Source of the DNA: a virus
Taxonomy: Duplodnaviria; Caudoviricetes
IMG/VR virus record: IMGVR_UViG_3300017782_000016
Span: 1-59,096 of that record
Length of the DNA: 59,096 nt
Direction: 5' to 3' (one strand)
Below, piece by piece: positions 56,440 through 59,096 of this stretch; position 1 is the first letter of the stretch, and every line of letters starts with the position of its first letter. The notes beneath the pieces were generated by a model. The model did no database searches. It was not told where the DNA came from and worked only from the letters and a program-made list of their open reading frames with translations. The position numbers and the translations under genes are program-made.

Positions 56440-57564
56440 ATGAATCAACTACAAAAAAATAAAATAATCGATACGGTTGATATTTTAAATATTGACGAAG
56501 CAACAAAACTAGCACAAGGTCAAAAATGTGTTATAGTTACAGGCGTAACAGGTCAAGATGGTAGTTATATGGTAGAGCACTTGTTGGAAAATACAGACTA
56601 TCTAATTTTTGGTGGCGTACGCAGATTGAGCGTATATAATCACGAAAACCTTTCTACAATTAGTTCAGATAGATTTAAATTAATTAATTTTGACTTAACA
56701 GATAGTCATACTATTTCTAGAATTATTGAAAAGTTACAACCAAGTTATTTTATTAATTTTGCTGCACAAAGCTTTGTTGGTAGCAGTTGGGATTTTCCGC
56801 AACAAACTTGGCATACAAACACTACATCTGTAATTGATATATTGGAAGCAATTAGACTTTATAACCCTTCTTGTAAATTTTATCAAGCTGGGTCTTCGGA
56901 AGAATTTGGAGATGTACAATACACACCTCAAGATTCTAAACACCCATTAAGACCAAGAAGTCCATATGGTGCATCTAAAGCAGCCGCACGACAAGTTGTC
57001 AAAGTATGGAGAGACTCTTACGATTTGTTTGCAGTTCAAGGTTGGTTGTTTAATCACGAATCAGAAAGAAGAGGGGAAGAATTTGTAACTAGAAAAATCA
57101 CTAAAAACGTAGCTAGAATCAAAAAAGCTATTGATAACAGTGAAGATTTTGAACCAATAGAATTAGGTAATATGGAAGCCAAAAGAGATTGGAGTCACTC
57201 TGCAGATTTTGTAGAGGCGGTTTGGTTGATGTTGAATCAAGAAAAACCTAAAGATTATGTTTTAGCTTCTGGAGAAACCCATACAGTAAAAGAATTTGTA
57301 GAAAAATCTTTTGAGTATGCTGGTATTGGTGTGCATTGGTACGAGGATGAAGAAAATCCAATGCTAAACAAACTCATGGATAAAAACACTGGTAAAATTT
57401 TAGTTAGAATAAATCCTAAATACTATCGTCCAGCGGAAGTTGAATTACTCTTAGGCGATCCAACAGAAGCGGAAAGTGAACTAAATTGGCAAAAAAGAGT
57501 TGACTTTTCAGAATTAGTTCGTAGGATGGTTATTAATGACATCGAAAAAATTAACGCCATTTAG
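56440..57564 (+). CDS. gmd: GDP-mannose 4,6-dehydratase
   Basis: TGVTGQDGSY, AAQSFV, PRSPYGASK, FNHES.RRGEEFVTRKI, RPAEVELLLGD. Confidence 0.95.
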   Translation: MNQLQKNKIIDTVDILNIDEATKLAQGQKCVIVTGVTGQDGSYMVEHLLENTDYLIFGGVRRLSVYNHENLSTISSDRFKLINFDLTDSHTISRIIEKLQPSYFINFAAQSFVGSSWDFPQQTWHTNTTSVIDILEAIRLYNPSCKFYQAGSSEEFGDVQYTPQDSKHPLRPRSPYGASKAAARQVVKVWRDSYDLFAVQGWLFNHESERRGEEFVTRKITKNVARIKKAIDNSEDFEPIELGNMEAKRDWSHSADFVEAVWLMLNQEKPKDYVLASGETHTVKEFVEKSFEYAGIGVHWYEDEENPMLNKLMDKNTGKILVRINPKYYRPAEVELLLGDPTEAESELNWQKRVDFSELVRRMVINDIEKINAI

Positions 57565-57895
57565 AAGAAGACAACTAACTATTGAAAGGTTAGTTAAAGG
57601 TGCCGTAGATAATAAAAGCAGACAATTCTGGAAAATTCAGATGAAAATGCTGAATGAACTAGAAGAGAAATATTCTTTAGAATTTTTAGAGGTTTTAACC
57701 CTAGACTTTCAAGTTGATCAAATGGCATCCTTGGGACATAAAAACTTTAAATCAAAAATTGACAGAAAGTGGCGTAATTTTAACTTTAAAGTTGACTTAT
57801 CGAAATATACAGTATACGATATATCAGAAAAATGTGGAAAAGACTACGAATCCATATATAATAAACCGAAAAATACAAAAGATTTATTTAAATGA
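57536..57895 (+). CDS. Hypothetical protein
   Basis: Overlaps both neighbours in operon fashion. Confidence 0.65.
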   Translation: MTSKKLTPFRRRQLTIERLVKGAVDNKSRQFWKIQMKMLNELEEKYSLEFLEVLTLDFQVDQMASLGHKNFKSKIDRKWRNFNFKVDLSKYTVYDISEKCGKDYESIYNKPKNTKDLFK

Positions 57896-59004
57896 GTGAT
57901 ATAGATTCAGAATTATTAGACAAGTTTCTCAAAGCCAAGAAGGATGATCACTACAATTTTGAGAAAACAATTGATTATAAAGCATCAAGCGGCTCCTTAC
58001 AGCTTGATTTAAACTTAAATGGTGGGTTTGGCCCAGGTTTGCATAGATTCGTAGGCATGAACGAGGGTGGTAAAACAAGTGCCGCTCTTGAAGTTATGAA
58101 GAATATGCTTAATACACAAAAAGACGCAAAAGGTTTTTATATTAAGGCTGAAGGTCGCCTATCTAACGAAATGGTGGCGAGGTCGGGTATAAATTTTGTC
58201 TATGACGCTAAAGAATGGAAAACAGGGACTTGTTTTGTCTTTGAAAGTAACATTTATGAAGTTGTAGTTGACGCTATTAAGACTTTGGTAGAACAAAACG
58301 AAGATGAACATAAATACTGCTTCACACTAGACTCTGTAGATGGTTTAATTTCCAAACAAGATATAGATAAATCCTTCTATGACTCTAATAAAGTTGCAGG
58401 TGGCGCTGTAATCGCAGCCAACTTTATGAAGAGAATGTCCATATCCCTTGCAAAAAGGGGTCATATGGCCATTTTTATTAGTCAAGTAAGGGCAGATATC
58501 AAACTAGACCCATACACCAAAGCTCCGATACGTCAGACGTCAGCAACGGGCGGTAATGCATTATTGCACTTTGCTAATTACATTATAGAGTTTGAGCCAA
58601 GGTTTAAATCAGACCTAATTTTACAAAATCCATCAATTAAACAGCCAGATCCCAAAACAAATCCAATTATTGGACATTGGGCAAAAGCTACAATCAAAAA
58701 ATCACCCAACGAAAAGACTAATAACACCATTTCATATCCAATTAGATATGGTAGAGTTGGTGGAAAATCAATTTGGGTGGAGAAAGAATTAGTAGATTTA
58801 CTTTATATGTGGGAATTTGTCACTAAAAAAGGTGCTTGGATTACAATTGAAGAAGAATTTAGAGAATTGGTAGCTGAATCCGCTTCAGACCTACCAGAAA
58901 AGATACAAGGAGAAGCTAATTTATTCAAATTAATTGAAGAAAATGAAGCTTTGTGTACTTTCTTGATCGATTATTTCAAAACAAATATAGCCGAACTAGT
59001 GTAA
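57892..59004 (+). CDS. recA: RecA/UvsX-like recombinase
   Basis: SSGSLQLD, GMNEGGKT Walker A, LDSVDGL, FISQVR, TGGNALLHFA, KKGAW. Confidence 0.9.
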   Translation: MSDIDSELLDKFLKAKKDDHYNFEKTIDYKASSGSLQLDLNLNGGFGPGLHRFVGMNEGGKTSAALEVMKNMLNTQKDAKGFYIKAEGRLSNEMVARSGINFVYDAKEWKTGTCFVFESNIYEVVVDAIKTLVEQNEDEHKYCFTLDSVDGLISKQDIDKSFYDSNKVAGGAVIAANFMKRMSISLAKRGHMAIFISQVRADIKLDPYTKAPIRQTSATGGNALLHFANYIIEFEPRFKSDLILQNPSIKQPDPKTNPIIGHWAKATIKKSPNEKTNNTISYPIRYGRVGGKSIWVEKELVDLLYMWEFVTKKGAWITIEEEFRELVAESASDLPEKIQGEANLFKLIEENEALCTFLIDYFKTNIAELV

Positions 59005-59030
59005 AGGCTACCTAGCCCTCAGTAGGGGTT
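58999..59030 (+). promoter_or_regulatory. GTGTAA motif overlapping recA stop, followed by hairpin AGCCCCT-CAGT-AGGGGTT
   Basis: Direct reading. Confidence 0.45.
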
Positions 59031-59040
59031 GATTTAAGTT

Positions 59041-59096
59041 ATGGAAATACTAAAAAATAATAAGATTAAAGTGGGACTTGTTGTCGCAGCTATTGC
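59041..59096 (+). CDS. 3'-truncated ORF with signal-peptide/TM-like start (MEILKNNKIKVGLVVAAI...)
   Basis: ATG at 59041, open to window end. Confidence 0.5.
   Translation, partial: MEILKNNKIKVGLVVAAI

Larger units (their letters stand above)
1..59096. mobile_element. Segment of a large tailed dsDNA bacteriophage genome (probably siphovirus morphology)
   Basis: Terminase-portal-protease-capsid-neck-tail-tape measure gene order; phage-type RNR, dNMP kinase, SSB, RecA; tight gene packing; no host housekeeping genes or integrase seen. Confidence 0.97.

Noticed and set aside
47787-57564. Host chromosomal O-antigen locus, implying a prophage boundary
   Set aside because: Flanked on both sides by phage-type genes, same tight packing and composition, lacks wzx/wzy/ABC export genes, and no att site or integrase is seen
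208-57899. Numerous antisense/alternate-frame ORFs in the track (e.g. 208..525, 17158..17550, 25948..26637, 42041..42616, 47207..47623)
   Set aside because: They are shadows of well-supported genes, with no motifs or initiation signals
1-59096. Stop-codon reassignment
   Set aside because: Long genes are intact under the standard code, and TAA, TAG and TGA all end genes at sensible boundaries
1-59096. tRNA, rRNA, introns or inteins
   Set aside because: Intergenic gaps are short and show no cloverleaf; TerL, NrdA, NrdB and RecA have uninterrupted, normal or short lengths

Overview
The whole window is a gene-dense, AT-rich segment of a large tailed dsDNA phage (Caudoviricetes). It is probably siphovirus-like, since it has a 2085-aa tape measure protein and no recognisable sheath gene. 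It holds the packaging/head module (terminase, portal, protease-scaffold, decoration, major capsid), an inverted neck/tail-tube block, tail chaperones, tape measure and tail-tip/fibre genes. It also carries two sigma70-family factors, SSB, dNMP kinase, class I ribonucleotide reductase, Hsp20, RecA/UvsX and a ~10 kb glycosyltransferase/GDP-deoxysugar cluster. I found no tRNA, CRISPR array, integrase or reverse transcriptase. Notable signals: (1) a GTGTAA hexamer heading most late transcription units, often 8-9 nt before ATG, plus a bipartite AATTTCACA-N13-ACTGTAAA variant that exposes a nested scaffold start; (2) a head-module protein built of short Ala-terminated cassettes (ETFLA x8) and two distant basic proteins sharing an N-terminal MELDFT tag, suggesting a capsid-targeting/Ala-cleavage system; (3) a phage-encoded PEP-CTERM surface protein; (4) Thr-Gly enrichment in virion proteins alongside the glycosylation cluster, suggesting virion glycosylation; (5) a sigma54 promoter on the hsp20 gene; (6) a candidate replication origin at 38760-38998. 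A PVC/Verrucomicrobiota-type host is an inference only. All product calls come from motif recognition by eye, not database searches.
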